Below are positions 38,654 through 49,477 of a stretch of 64,000 nt of DNA, piece after piece. Numbering within the stretch: position 1 is the stretch's first letter; every line of letters starts with the position of its first letter. The DNA lies in the NCBI GenBank assembly GCA_946612115.1, contig CAMOEI010000001.1, positions 130,936 through 194,935 of the forward strand, in the 5' to 3' direction. Made by a program: the position numbers and the translations under genes. The notes under the pieces are model-generated. The model ran no database searches. It was not told the origin of the DNA and saw nothing but the letters and a program-made list of their open reading frames with translations. The stretch comes from an uncultured Bacillales bacterium. Lineage in GTDB: Bacteria > Bacillota_I > Bacilli_A > RFN20 > CAG-826.

Positions 38654-39949
38654 ATGGAAATTATCAAAAATGTTAAAGGTACTCATGACATCTACGGGGA
38701 AGAAAATAACGCCTACGAGATGGTTGAGAACTTAATGAAATCAGTTGCAGAATTATATGCTTATCACGGAGTAAGACCTCCTGTGCTCGAATCTAATTCT
38801 GTCTTTGTTCGTGGAGTCGGTTCTTCTAGCGATATCGTTAGAAAAGAAATGTACACATTTAAAGACCACGGTGATCGCGATATTACCTTAAGACCAGAAT
38901 TTACCGCTGGTATTATGAGAATGGTTGTTCAAAATAAACTCTACGCCACAAACGAATTACCTCTTAAGTTATATTACTTAGGTCCAGTATTCAGATATGA
39001 AAGACCTCAATTAGGACGATATCGTCAATTTAACCAATTCGGAGTTGAATGTATCGGACACGCTTCATATATGCAAGATGTGGACGTGATTGCGATGGCG
39101 TATACCATCCTCACTAGCCTTGGTTTAGATGGAGTGACTATCAAAATCAACACTCTTGGAGATGATGAAAGTAGAAATAACTATCGTGAAGCTTTAAAGA
39201 GCTATTTCGCTAAACATATTAGAAATATGTGTGAGGACTGCAAAACCAGATTTGAATTAAATCCATTACGTATTTTAGACTGCAAAGTTCCTGAAGATCG
39301 TCCATACATTGATAACGCTCCTGTTATTAACGACTATCTTTCTGAATCTAGTAAAGAAAGATTCTCTAAAGTCTTGAACGCTTTAGAAACTCTCCAAATT
39401 CCATATGAAATCGATTCCTCTTTAGTAAGAGGATTAGACTATTATTCAGAAACAGTCTTTGAATTCCACTATAAGAGCAAAAAAGGCATTGACTACGGTG
39501 CTGTTGGCGCTGGCGGACATTATGGCAAACTCATGAGCGAACTCGGTGGACCAGATTATCCAGGAGTTGGATTTAGTTTCGGCATCGAAAGAGTGGTGTC
39601 TGTCTTAAAAGACGATGAGCTACTTGAAAACATCAAAGATGAATTAGATGCTTACGTTATGCCATTAGGCGAAGAGAGCAATCTTTACGCCGAAGAAATT
39701 GCTGTTTTCTTAAGAAATAGTGGTGGTTATCGCGTTGATGTATGCGCAGATAACTGCAAGATGGGCGCGATGTTTAAGCGCGCCAGTACAAAAGGAGCAA
39801 AATACGCCTTAATCGTTGGTGAAACTGAAGTTAATGAACAAACAGTGGTCATCAAGGATTTACAAACACAAGAACAAAATAAAGTGAAGGTTGAAGAACT
39901 TGTCACTAAATTTGATGAATTATTTAATTCTTCTAAAGAAGAGGAGTGA
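38654..39949 (+). CDS. hisS: histidyl-tRNA synthetase
   Basis: Class II motifs 1, 2 and 3 (..GVGFSFGIERV..) and C-terminal anticodon-binding domain. Confidence 0.9.
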   Translation: MEIIKNVKGTHDIYGEENNAYEMVENLMKSVAELYAYHGVRPPVLESNSVFVRGVGSSSDIVRKEMYTFKDHGDRDITLRPEFTAGIMRMVVQNKLYATNELPLKLYYLGPVFRYERPQLGRYRQFNQFGVECIGHASYMQDVDVIAMAYTILTSLGLDGVTIKINTLGDDESRNNYREALKSYFAKHIRNMCEDCKTRFELNPLRILDCKVPEDRPYIDNAPVINDYLSESSKERFSKVLNALETLQIPYEIDSSLVRGLDYYSETVFEFHYKSKKGIDYGAVGAGGHYGKLMSELGGPDYPGVGFSFGIERVVSVLKDDELLENIKDELDAYVMPLGEESNLYAEEIAVFLRNSGGYRVDVCADNCKMGAMFKRASTKGAKYALIVGETEVNEQTVVIKDLQTQEQNKVKVEELVTKFDELFNSSKEEE

Positions 39950-39957
39950 TTAACAAC

Positions 39958-41694
39958 ATGAAAAGAACATCATTTAACACCGACTTATCGATTAAAAATG
40001 TCGGTGAAGAAGTATCTCTTATCGGATGGGTGAGCAAGAAAAGGAATCTTGGCTCAATCGTCTTTATCGATTTAAGAGATCGTAGTGGAATTATCCAAAT
40101 TACCGTTAATGAAGGAGTGGAGATTCCAGATATTCGTAACGAATATATCATTAGAGTAGAAGGAAAGGTTTCTAAGAAAGAAAAAGCCAATCCTAATCTT
40201 AAAACGGGCGAAATTGAAGTCCTTGCTAGCAAAATTGAAGTTATTAATACCGCTAAGCAGACTCCACTTATCATCGCCGATGAAACAGACGCCTTAGAAG
40301 ATACAAGATTAAAATATCGCTATCTCGACTTACGTCGTCCAATCATGCAACATTATCTTGATATTAGACATTCGATCAAGATGACAGTTCATGAATATCT
40401 TTCTAAAGAAAGATTTATTGAGGTTGAAACCCCAATTTTAACCTTGTCTACTCCTGAAGGAGCAAGAGACTATTTAGTTCCTTCTAGAGTCCATCACGGC
40501 AAATTCTACGCTCTTCCACAAAGTCCACAAATCTTTAAGCAGCTCTTAATGATTGGTGGAATGGAAAGATATTACCAAATCGCAAGATGCTTTAGAGACG
40601 AAGACCTTAGAGCGGATAGACAACCAGACTTTACTCAAATTGATATCGAAACATCATTCCTTGATCAAGATCAGTTCTTAACGATGATGGAAGGTCTCAT
40701 TAAAGACATCTTTAAACGCACCATCAATTATGATGTGAAACTTCCATTAAGAAGAATGCCTTATAAAGAAGCAATGGATAACTATGGTAGTGATAAACCT
40801 GACACCAGATTTGATATCAAATTAAATGATGTCCAAGATATCTTCGCTAATAGCGAATTCGGTGGTTTTAAAGATGTTGAAGCAATTCGTGCAATTGTTA
40901 TTAACAAAGTTGCAAGTGTCACTAGTCGTAAAGTTATCGATTCCTTGACTTTAGAAGCGAAGAAGTTCGGTTTAGGAGGATTATCAATCCTCAAAGTTGA
41001 AAACGGTGAATTAACCGGTTCGTTTGCTAAATTCTTATCAGATGCTGAAGTCAAAGCCTTAAAAGAAAGACTACACTTAGTGGATGATGATTTATTAATC
41101 ATCGCCGCAGGTAAATATAATCGTGTCTGCCCATTATTAGGCGCGCTTAGATTACGTTACGCTAGAGAACTCGGTTTAATCAAACCAAACACCTATGATT
41201 TATTATGGGTAGTGGATTTTCCTCTTTTCGAAAGAGATGTTGAAAATGGTCAAATCACTAGCACCCATCACCCATTTACACGCCCACGTGACGAAGATTT
41301 AAAATATCTCGACACCGATCCAACCAAGATTTTATCCTATGCTTATGACATAGTCATAAATGGTTACGAAGCTGGTGGTGGATCTTTAAGAATTTACGAC
41401 CAAGATGTTCAAAAGAAAATCTTCCAAGTCCTTGGACTTAGCGATGAAGATATCAAACGTAAATTCGGTTTCTTTGTTGACGCTTTCCAATACGGCACAC
41501 CTCCACACGCGGGTATGGCCTTCGGCTTAGATAGATTAACGATGATTTTAGGCGGCACAGAAAATATTAGAGATGTTATTGCCTTCCCTAAGAATTTATC
41601 CGCTGTCTGTCCAATGTCAGGAGCACCAAACATCGTAGATGAACAACAATTATCCGACTTAGGAATTGCTGTTACAGATTACGAAAATCAATAG
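39958..41694 (+). CDS. aspS: aspartyl-tRNA synthetase
   Basis: N-terminal OB fold, class II core (QIARCFRDEDLRADRQPDFTQID, GGGSLRI, AFGLDRL). Start trimmed to ATG 39958 with GAGGAG RBS; the ORF track starts at 39946. Confidence 0.9.
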   Translation: MKRTSFNTDLSIKNVGEEVSLIGWVSKKRNLGSIVFIDLRDRSGIIQITVNEGVEIPDIRNEYIIRVEGKVSKKEKANPNLKTGEIEVLASKIEVINTAKQTPLIIADETDALEDTRLKYRYLDLRRPIMQHYLDIRHSIKMTVHEYLSKERFIEVETPILTLSTPEGARDYLVPSRVHHGKFYALPQSPQIFKQLLMIGGMERYYQIARCFRDEDLRADRQPDFTQIDIETSFLDQDQFLTMMEGLIKDIFKRTINYDVKLPLRRMPYKEAMDNYGSDKPDTRFDIKLNDVQDIFANSEFGGFKDVEAIRAIVINKVASVTSRKVIDSLTLEAKKFGLGGLSILKVENGELTGSFAKFLSDAEVKALKERLHLVDDDLLIIAAGKYNRVCPLLGALRLRYARELGLIKPNTYDLLWVVDFPLFERDVENGQITSTHHPFTRPRDEDLKYLDTDPTKILSYAYDIVINGYEAGGGSLRIYDQDVQKKIFQVLGLSDEDIKRKFGFFVDAFQYGTPPHAGMAFGLDRLTMILGGTENIRDVIAFPKNLSAVCPMSGAPNIVDEQQLSDLGIAVTDYENQ

Positions 41695-41718
41695 TTTATA
41701 AACAAAGTTTATAATAAA

Positions 41719-41746
41719 TACTAAATTTCTACTAATTTACTACTAC
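41719..41746 (+). repeat. three tandem TACTAA(A/T/C) heptamers with exact 11-bp phasing, upstream of tkt
   Basis: TACTAAA at 41719, TACTAAT at 41730, TACTACa at 41741; 21-48 nt upstream of the tkt start codon. Confidence 0.6.
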
Positions 41747-41766
41747 ACAAAAAGGAGAACAAAGTA

Positions 41767-43740
41767 ATGAAAGAAATTGACAAATTAAGCATCGCAACGA
41801 TCCGTAGCTTATGTATCGACATGATTAATAAGGCTAATTCCGGACACCCAGGAATGGCTCTTGGCAGTGCGCCAATCCTTTATACCTTATTCACTAAGCA
41901 TTTAGTTAGTGACCCTAAGGATCCAGAATGGATTAATAGAGACCGTTTTGTCTTATCTGCAGGACATGCTTCTAGCTTGCTATACACCATGCTCCACTTA
42001 AGTGGATATGAAGTTAGCCTAGATGATTTGAAACAATTTAGGCAAATCGATTCGCTTACTCCAGGACACCCAGAATATCACTGGACAAAAGGCGTCGACG
42101 CTACTAGTGGACCTTTAGGTCAAGGTATAGCTCAAGCAGTTGGTATGGCTTTAGCGGAAGAATCTATCGCTGCCAATTATAACGAAGGCAAGAGAATTAT
42201 GGACCATTACACATATGTTTTATGCGGGGATGGATGTTTACAAGAAGGCTTGTCCCAAGAAGCAATCAGCTTTGCTGGACACCAAAAATTAAACAAATTA
42301 ATTCTTTTCTATGATGCAAATGAAGTCACATTAGATGGCTCACTTGATTTGTCGTTCTCTGAAAATACAAAATTAAGATTTGAGGCTAGTGGATGGAAAG
42401 TCTTAGAAGTTAAAGATGGAAACGATGTTGAAGCAATCGATAAAGCGATTGAAGAAGCAAAGAAATCCAAAGATAAGCCAGTGATGATTTTAGTTCACAC
42501 TGTTATCGGCTATGGTAGTGCAAAACAAGGAACATCTAAAGTTCATGGTTCTCCTTTAGGAGCGGAAGATGGACACCACGCCAAAGTTGATGTTTATGGA
42601 TTTGATCACGAAGATTTCTACGTTCCAGAAGAAGTGAGAAAACATTTCCAAGAAACATTTGTTTCTAGAGGCGAAAAAGCTCACGAAAAATATAATAAAG
42701 ATTTCGAATCATATCGCAAAGACCATAAGGCTGACGCCGAACGTTTCGAATCCTTAAAAGGATTAGATATTTCTAAATATGTTCCAGAAGAAATGCCAGA
42801 TTTCGTTAGTGGAAGCGCAACTAGCACCCGTGTTGCTAGCGGAAAAGCATTAAATGCTTATATGCTCAATGTTCCAATGCTCGTCGGTGGATCTGCTGAC
42901 GTTGCCGGAAGCGTTATGACTAAATTAGATAACGGAGTTAATTTTGCTCCAGGTCATAGAGAAGGCCACAACGTCAACTGGGGAATTAGAGAATTCGCTA
43001 TGGGATGTATGCAAAACGGTATGCTCCTCCACGGTGGAATTCGTAGTTATGTTGGCTGCTTCGCTGTATTCAGCGATTATATGAAACCTGCCATTAGAAT
43101 GGCGGCGTTAAGCCACTTACCAGGTATTTATTTATTCTCTCATGATAGTATCGCTGTTGGAGAAGATGGTCCAACTCATCAACCAATTGAACAATTAGCG
43201 ATGTTAAGAAGCATTCCTAACGTTAACGTTATTCGACCAGCGGACGAAAGAGAAACATTCGCTGCTTGGAAGATTGCTCTTAAGAGCACTAAAACTCCAA
43301 CTGCCTTAATCCTCTCTAGACAAAATCTTCCATTATTAGAAGGAAGTAGTGCTGAAGGAGTTGAAAAAGGTGGATATGTTGTCTCCTACGAAAAGAAGAA
43401 AATCGACTTAGTGTTAATCGCTACTGGTAGTGAAGTTAGTTTAGCAATTGAAGCTCAACAAAAGCTTCTTGAAAAGAAGATTGATGTTAGAGTAGTTTCT
43501 TTACCTTCTTGGGAATTATTTGCTGCTCAAGAACCTTCTTATAGAAAAGAAGTTTTACAATTACCAAGTGAAAGAAGAGTCTCTGTTGAGATGCTTTCAA
43601 CCTTTGGTTGGGGCAAATGGGCTAAATACCATATGGGCTTAGACAATTTCGGTGCAAGCGCTCCAGCAAAAGACGTCATTAAGAAATTTGATTTCACAAG
43701 CGACCATTTAGTGGCAATGTGTGAAGAAATTTTGAAATAA
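41767..43740 (+). CDS. tkt: transketolase
   Basis: TPP-binding motifs (GHPGMALGSAPILYTLF, GDGCLQEG..). 657 aa. RBS AAGGAG. Confidence 0.9.
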   Translation: MKEIDKLSIATIRSLCIDMINKANSGHPGMALGSAPILYTLFTKHLVSDPKDPEWINRDRFVLSAGHASSLLYTMLHLSGYEVSLDDLKQFRQIDSLTPGHPEYHWTKGVDATSGPLGQGIAQAVGMALAEESIAANYNEGKRIMDHYTYVLCGDGCLQEGLSQEAISFAGHQKLNKLILFYDANEVTLDGSLDLSFSENTKLRFEASGWKVLEVKDGNDVEAIDKAIEEAKKSKDKPVMILVHTVIGYGSAKQGTSKVHGSPLGAEDGHHAKVDVYGFDHEDFYVPEEVRKHFQETFVSRGEKAHEKYNKDFESYRKDHKADAERFESLKGLDISKYVPEEMPDFVSGSATSTRVASGKALNAYMLNVPMLVGGSADVAGSVMTKLDNGVNFAPGHREGHNVNWGIREFAMGCMQNGMLLHGGIRSYVGCFAVFSDYMKPAIRMAALSHLPGIYLFSHDSIAVGEDGPTHQPIEQLAMLRSIPNVNVIRPADERETFAAWKIALKSTKTPTALILSRQNLPLLEGSSAEGVEKGGYVVSYEKKKIDLVLIATGSEVSLAIEAQQKLLEKKIDVRVVSLPSWELFAAQEPSYRKEVLQLPSERRVSVEMLSTFGWGKWAKYHMGLDNFGASAPAKDVIKKFDFTSDHLVAMCEEILK

Positions 43741-43747
43741 AGAAATT

Positions 43748-44167
43748 ATGGAATTAACCAGAAACCAAACTCATTACATCATCATGTCCGTTATTTATAA
43801 CGAACTTATCGATTTCAACTTTGGAAGCGATAATTTTGTTCGTGACGCTAGAGAATTAATTTCAAGCTTGGCGGAAAAGCCTTTTGAAGAAGTTGATCCT
43901 TATATCACTAACACAGTTATGACTTCCTTACAAAAATATGGTGAGATCAAAAGCGCTTACGAACCTCATCTTAAAAACTGGAGATGGGAAAGATTGCCTT
44001 TATTAACTCAAGCCATACTCTTAATGAGTTATACTCATTACTATTTCATTGAAAAAGTCGATAAGAGCGTTGTCATTAATATCGCTGTTAACTTAGCAAA
44101 GAAATATATCGATGATAAACAAGCAAAGTTTATTAACGGCATCCTCGATAAAGGAGTTCTTGCTTAA
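43748..44167 (+). CDS. nusB: transcription antitermination factor NusB
   Basis: 139 aa with C-terminal NusB signature VVINIAVNLAKKY...AKFINGILDKG. Confidence 0.7.
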   Translation: MELTRNQTHYIIMSVIYNELIDFNFGSDNFVRDARELISSLAEKPFEEVDPYITNTVMTSLQKYGEIKSAYEPHLKNWRWERLPLLTQAILLMSYTHYYFIEKVDKSVVINIAVNLAKKYIDDKQAKFINGILDKGVLA

Positions 44168-45291
44168 TGTACGAATCTTCGCCAGTTATATCTGTTAGCG
44201 AGGTCAATACTTATATCAAATCCCTTTTAACAACTGATCCTAAACTAAAGTTTATTCGAGTAAAAGGGGAGATAAGTAATTTTAAACTCTACCCAAGTGG
44301 TCACTTATATTTCTCTATTAAAGATGAAACTTCGGTGATCAGTGCGGTGATGTTTGCTAATTACGCTTCTAGATTAGTCTTTAAACCAGAAAATGGAGAC
44401 GAAGTGGTGGTTCTCGCTAGTGTGGACGCCTATGTTCCTAGAGGAAATTACAACTTGCAAGTCTATGAGATGGAGGAAATTGGATTAGGTCAACAGCTAG
44501 TTGAACTAGAAAAATTAAAGAAACAATTAGCAAGCGAAGGATATTTTGATGCTTCAAGAAAAAGAGCGATCAATATCTACCCAAAAGCCATCGGAGTAAT
44601 CACCGCTCCTAATGGAGCAGCGGTTAGAGATATCATCACAAACATTAAAAGAAGATATCCAATTACCGACATTTATGTCTTTCCTAGTCTTGTTCAGGGA
44701 GAACAAGCTCCAAAAGAGTTATTAAAAGCTTTTAAAGTCTCCCAAGAATATCCTCTAGATACCTTAATTATTGGTCGAGGCGGAGGAGCAAGTGAAGACC
44801 TTAGCGCCTTCAACGATGAAACTCTTGTTAGAGCGGTCGCTACTAGTAAATGTCCAATAATTTCTGCAGTAGGACACGAAATCGACAGCACCTTAATCGA
44901 TTTTATTGCCGATAAACGCGCTTCAACCCCCACAGGAGCCGCGGAATTAGCAACGGTGGACATCCGTGAGATCGAGAAAGAATTCGCTTATTCTAGCCTC
45001 TCTATGGAGCAAGCTTTAGCAAATAAGATAAATGAGCGAAAAGAAGAACTAAGCGAATTAAAAGAAGAACTCGATGATTCGTTAAAAGAATTAATTGAGA
45101 ACCAAAAAGAAGAACTTGAGGTTTTAAAAAATAAACTTCACTTATTAAACCCAAAAACAATTTTACAAAGAGGTTATTCGATCTCTTTAGATAAACATGG
45201 CAACGCCATTAAGTCATCAAAATCCCTAAATAGTGGGGATGAGATGAAAACGTTATTCGCTGATGGAGAAGTATCTAGCGTTATCAAATAA
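44167..45291 (+). CDS. xseA: exodeoxyribonuclease VII large subunit
   Basis: N-terminal OB fold, catalytic core, and C-terminal coiled-coil. TAATG coupling to nusB. Confidence 0.85.
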   Translation: MYESSPVISVSEVNTYIKSLLTTDPKLKFIRVKGEISNFKLYPSGHLYFSIKDETSVISAVMFANYASRLVFKPENGDEVVVLASVDAYVPRGNYNLQVYEMEEIGLGQQLVELEKLKKQLASEGYFDASRKRAINIYPKAIGVITAPNGAAVRDIITNIKRRYPITDIYVFPSLVQGEQAPKELLKAFKVSQEYPLDTLIIGRGGGASEDLSAFNDETLVRAVATSKCPIISAVGHEIDSTLIDFIADKRASTPTGAAELATVDIREIEKEFAYSSLSMEQALANKINERKEELSELKEELDDSLKELIENQKEELEVLKNKLHLLNPKTILQRGYSISLDKHGNAIKSSKSLNSGDEMKTLFADGEVSSVIK

Positions 45292-45302
45292 GGAGCAATC
45301 AC

Positions 45303-45500
45303 ATGGAAAAAGAATTTGATTTTGAAAAAGAACTCAACCGATTAAAAGACATCGTTAACAAAATCCAAAATAGTGATGTCTCTTTAGATGAGAGTTTAAA
45401 ACTATACGAAGAAGGCAATAAAATTATTGTCGAGTTAACAGAAGAGCTTAAAAAAGCAGAAGACAAAGTCGAAAAAGTCATTGAGGCTAATAAAAAATAA
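45303..45500 (+). CDS. xseB: exodeoxyribonuclease VII small subunit
   Basis: 65-aa helical protein FEKELNRLKDIVNKIQNSDVSLDESLKLYEEG. Confidence 0.8.
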   Translation: MEKEFDFEKELNRLKDIVNKIQNSDVSLDESLKLYEEGNKIIVELTEELKKAEDKVEKVIEANKK

Positions 45501-47347
45501 TGTCAAAAAAGGAACTTAAAAGAATTGATTTAAAATCAATCCAAAATCCTGATTTCTTGAAAAGCATGAATCACAGGGAGTTGGAGCTTTTAAGTGACGA
45601 CATTAGACATTATATTCTTGAAAGTGTTTCAAAAAATGGTGGGCACTTATCAAGTAACCTCGGAGTAGTTGAAGCAACGATTGCTTTATGCAAAGTCTTT
45701 GACTTCAAAAAAGATAAAATCATCTTTGATGTTGGCCATCAATCCTATACATATAAGATTTTAACCGGAAGAAGTTTGGATAACTTAAGACAAAAAGACG
45801 GTGTTAGCGGTTATCAAAAGATGAGTGAATCTAGTTATGATCACTTTGAAGCCGGGCACTCCTCAACAAGTATTAGCGTCGCTAACGGGATGGCGATTGC
45901 TAGAGACCTCAACAAAGAGAAATATAATATCATCGCCTTTATCGGAGACAGCGCTTTACAAAACGGTTTAGCTTTGGAAGCTTTAAACAATTTAGCACAG
46001 TCTAATCACAAAGTGATTATTGTGGTTAACGATAACGAGATGTCAATCTCTAAACCTGTTGGCGGATTATCTAGCGTGTTTAGAAGATTCTCAACATCAA
46101 GTTTCTATAGAAAAGGTAAATCTGCCGCTAGAAAAATTTTCGGATGGAATAGATTTGGCAGATGGTTATTATCGGGATTTGGCGCTTTTAAAAACTGGTT
46201 CAAAAGAAAAGTAATCAATATGACTTTATTCGATAACCTCGGTTATAGTGTTATCGGACCAATCGATGGGCATTACTTTAGACAGCTTGAAAACGCTTTT
46301 AATCGCGCTAAAAAGATTAATAATTCAGTTGTTGTTCATATCAAAACAGTGAAAGGCAAAGGATATCCTTACGCTGAAGATGATGAGTTAGGTGATTGGC
46401 ATGGAGTTAGTTCCTTTAATATCGATACTGGTGAACTTGCTAGTAAAGATGGAACAGTGTCTTGGAGTGAGCAATATAAGCTTCTTTTAAAGCACGAGAT
46501 GTCAGTTAACGATAAAATCGTTACAATCGTTCCTGCAACTGGACACGGTAGCGCTTTAGATTCTTTATTTGATATCTATCCAAAACGTATGATTGATGTT
46601 GGAATCAGTGAAGAGCACGCCTTTACTTTAGCGGGTGGGCTTGCTGTAAGTGGGTATCACCCAGTGGTCTCCATTTATTCGACTTTCTTACAAAGAAGCT
46701 ACGACGAATTATCTCATGATGTTGCTAGATTAAATTTAGACATGACCATTTTGATCGACCGTGCTGGATTAGTGGGAAGTGATGGAGATACTCATCAAGG
46801 AATCTATGATGAAGCATTTTTATACACCATTCCAAATGTCACGATTACAATGGCTAGTAGAGCTAGTGAAGCTTTATCTTTAATGAAAGAATCTTTATGC
46901 CACCATGGGGTGTTCGCAATTAGATATCCTCGTGAATTCTTTATGAATAAAGAAGATGGCGTTAAAAAGATTCCATACGGAAGTTGGAAAGTTGAATTAG
47001 AGGGAAGTAAGACTGCAATTATTTCTGCTGGTCCATTAACCTTAAAACTCAAATCCAAACTTATTGAACTCAATAAAGATGTAACTTTATTTAATGCGAT
47101 TTATCTTAGACCATTAGATGAATCTAAGCTTTTAAGTTTGCTTGATTATTCAAAGATTATTATTTATAACCCATACGCGACAAAAGAAGGTTTTGCTTCG
47201 GCGGTAAAGAGCTTCTTAATTGATCATAACTATAAAGGCGAAGTTATTACAAAGACCGTCCCAACAACGTTTGTTAAGCACGCCTCAATCGAAGAACAAA
47301 GACAAGAATTTAATCTAACAATCGATGATATCATCGATTCTTTATAA
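45500..47347 (+). CDS. dxs: 1-deoxy-D-xylulose-5-phosphate synthase
   Basis: TPP motifs GHLSSNLG, GDSALQNG. 615 aa with transketolase-like middle and C-terminal domains. ATAATG coupling to xseB. Confidence 0.85.
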   Translation: MSKKELKRIDLKSIQNPDFLKSMNHRELELLSDDIRHYILESVSKNGGHLSSNLGVVEATIALCKVFDFKKDKIIFDVGHQSYTYKILTGRSLDNLRQKDGVSGYQKMSESSYDHFEAGHSSTSISVANGMAIARDLNKEKYNIIAFIGDSALQNGLALEALNNLAQSNHKVIIVVNDNEMSISKPVGGLSSVFRRFSTSSFYRKGKSAARKIFGWNRFGRWLLSGFGAFKNWFKRKVINMTLFDNLGYSVIGPIDGHYFRQLENAFNRAKKINNSVVVHIKTVKGKGYPYAEDDELGDWHGVSSFNIDTGELASKDGTVSWSEQYKLLLKHEMSVNDKIVTIVPATGHGSALDSLFDIYPKRMIDVGISEEHAFTLAGGLAVSGYHPVVSIYSTFLQRSYDELSHDVARLNLDMTILIDRAGLVGSDGDTHQGIYDEAFLYTIPNVTITMASRASEALSLMKESLCHHGVFAIRYPREFFMNKEDGVKKIPYGSWKVELEGSKTAIISAGPLTLKLKSKLIELNKDVTLFNAIYLRPLDESKLLSLLDYSKIIIYNPYATKEGFASAVKSFLIDHNYKGEVITKTVPTTFVKHASIEEQRQEFNLTIDDIIDSL

Positions 47348-47388
47348 TATTAGTTAACATAATATAAGATTGCATTTATAATGTTAAT

Positions 47389-48576
47389 ATGGCAAGAATT
47401 ATTGCGCATATTGACTTAAATGCTTTTTTTGTAAGAGCGGAAGAAATTAGAAATCCTTCCTTAGAAGATAAACCAGTCGCAATCGGTCACTTAGGTCGAG
47501 CGGGGGTCGTTTCAACTTGCTCATATAAAGCTAGAGAATTTGGAGTGAGAAGCGCGATGCCGATGAATAAGGCTGTCGAACTATGTCCAAATTTAATCAT
47601 TCTTCCTGGAGATTATCGCTTTTATAGCACTTTAAGTCACGAATTTAAAAAATATATCCGTCAATTAACTCCTCTAGTGGAATCTGCTTCGGTTGATGAA
47701 CTATATGCAGATTTTACCGACATCATCAAAAAAGGAACAAATGTCGAAGAGTTTTTTAGGCAGATACAATATAACTTATTTAAGAATACCGGCTTAAAAT
47801 GCTCTATTGGAGTCGCCCCAACAAAGTTTTTAGCGAAGATGGGTAGCGATTATAAAAAGCCAATGGGATTGACTATCATCAGAAGAAAAGATGTTCAAAA
47901 GATCATCTGGCCTTTACCTATTGAAGATATGTATGGGATTGGCAAGAAAAGCGCTCCAAGATTAAAAAGAATTGGAATTAACACGATAGGTGATTTAGCA
48001 AAAGCGTTAAACTCCAAAGATGAAAATGTTCTAAACTTACTTGGGAAATTTTCAGAAGAGTTAACCCTTTGGGTTAATGGATATGGAAGTGACAAGATTG
48101 AAACTGAAGCTTGGGATCCTAAATCAATTGGTAATTCCACAACATTAAAAGAAGACACGAATAGATTTGAAACCATCAAAGATACTTTTTATATGCTCGC
48201 TAGTGAAGTTAGTGAAAGAGCGAAAAAAGAAGGAAAGATTGGTTCAACTATTCAAATAATGGCTAAAGATACAGACTATAAAGCTCATAACAAATCGATT
48301 ACTTTAGTAAATAAAACTAATAGCGAAAAAGATATTTATGACGCAGCGATAAAACTCTACGAAAAGAATTTCTTAGATCTAACCGTTAGAGCGGTTGGAG
48401 TGTGCCTACAAAACCTCATCGATATTAAAGAGATGAAAGTGCAGATGACTTTCTACGATTATCAAAAGCATGAAGAGGAAAGCAAAACCAAATTACTAAT
48501 AAACGATTTGAACCGTAAGATTAAAGGTTCACCTTTAAAAAGGGCTAGCGAGGTGAAAAAAGATGGAACTAACTGA
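47389..48576 (+). CDS. dinB: DNA polymerase IV (Y-family)
   Basis: IAHIDLNAFF, SIDE-like catalytic residues, HhH, little-finger domain. Confidence 0.85.
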   Translation: MARIIAHIDLNAFFVRAEEIRNPSLEDKPVAIGHLGRAGVVSTCSYKAREFGVRSAMPMNKAVELCPNLIILPGDYRFYSTLSHEFKKYIRQLTPLVESASVDELYADFTDIIKKGTNVEEFFRQIQYNLFKNTGLKCSIGVAPTKFLAKMGSDYKKPMGLTIIRRKDVQKIIWPLPIEDMYGIGKKSAPRLKRIGINTIGDLAKALNSKDENVLNLLGKFSEELTLWVNGYGSDKIETEAWDPKSIGNSTTLKEDTNRFETIKDTFYMLASEVSERAKKEGKIGSTIQIMAKDTDYKAHNKSITLVNKTNSEKDIYDAAIKLYEKNFLDLTVRAVGVCLQNLIDIKEMKVQMTFYDYQKHEEESKTKLLINDLNRKIKGSPLKRASEVKKDGTN

Positions 48577-49444
48577 TGCATTAAGCAATTACATCCAATA
48601 TCTCCTCGTTGAAAAGGGTCTTTCAAAGAAAACAATTGAAGCCTATCGAGATGACTTATTGAAGTTTTTTGATTTCTTCCCAGAAAAAAGAAAAGTGGAA
48701 GATTTGAAATCTGAAGATATCCTAATTTTCTTCGGAAATGAAATGAATGAAGGGAAAAATATTTCGACCTCATTAAGAAGATTATCTTCCCTAAAAAATT
48801 TCTATCTCTTTCTAAAGAAAGAAGGCTTATTTTTAGATGAGCTTCCTGAGATTGAACCAGTTAAAAAGCCGTCTCATTTGCCAACTTGCTTAAGCGTTGA
48901 AGAAGTTGAAGCTTTATTAGACGCTCCTAATCTAAAAACACCTAGCGGGATAAGAGATAAAGCAATGCTTGAACTAATGTACGCAAGTGGGTTACGTGTT
49001 AGCGAACTAGTCGGATTAGAAAAAAGTAATGTCAATCTCAAAAAAGGAATTGTCACCATCTTTGGAAAAGGGGCGAAGGAAAGAAAAGTTCCAATGGGGG
49101 ATTTCGCCAGTGAATATGTTGTTAAATATATCAACTCTGCTAGAAACAAATTTCACGGGGAAAAATCAAAATATTTATTCTTAAATAAACAAGGTAAACC
49201 AATCAGTAGAATTTATTTCTTTAAACAAATAAGAAAATACGCAAAAGATGCTGGGATAGAAAAAGATATTTCCCCACACACTTTAAGACACTGCTTCGCT
49301 ACTCATATGTTAGAGGGCGGGGCGAATCTTAGAACTGTACAAGAAATGCTAGGTCACACCAACATTGCCACAACGCAAATTTATACCCATGTTTCTAGTC
49401 GTAGAATTATCAATGCGTATGATTTGTTTATGAACAAAAAATGA
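48563..49444 (+). CDS. xerD: tyrosine recombinase XerC/XerD family
   Basis: N-terminal core-binding domain (TIEAYRDDL), catalytic R..HxxR..Y (HTLRHCFATHML..TQIYTHV). Confidence 0.75.
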   Translation: MELTDALSNYIQYLLVEKGLSKKTIEAYRDDLLKFFDFFPEKRKVEDLKSEDILIFFGNEMNEGKNISTSLRRLSSLKNFYLFLKKEGLFLDELPEIEPVKKPSHLPTCLSVEEVEALLDAPNLKTPSGIRDKAMLELMYASGLRVSELVGLEKSNVNLKKGIVTIFGKGAKERKVPMGDFASEYVVKYINSARNKFHGEKSKYLFLNKQGKPISRIYFFKQIRKYAKDAGIEKDISPHTLRHCFATHMLEGGANLRTVQEMLGHTNIATTQIYTHVSSRRIINAYDLFMNKK

Positions 49445-49477
49445 TTTACAATATAGGTAACTGAAAGGAAATATATT

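Noticed and set aside
47348-47388. LexA/Cheo box (CGAAC-N4-GTTCG) upstream of dinB.
   Set aside because: No GAAC...GTTC dyad is present in the 41-nt upstream region. The GTTAAC...GTTAAT similarity is too weak. No SOS operator is claimed.
48563-49444. Tyrosine recombinase as a possible integrase marking a mobile element.
   Set aside because: The N-terminal core-binding domain and the RHRY catalytic region look XerC/XerD-like. It sits in a conserved housekeeping context (dinB, deoB) with no flanking repeats or cargo genes. It is called a chromosomal Xer recombinase.
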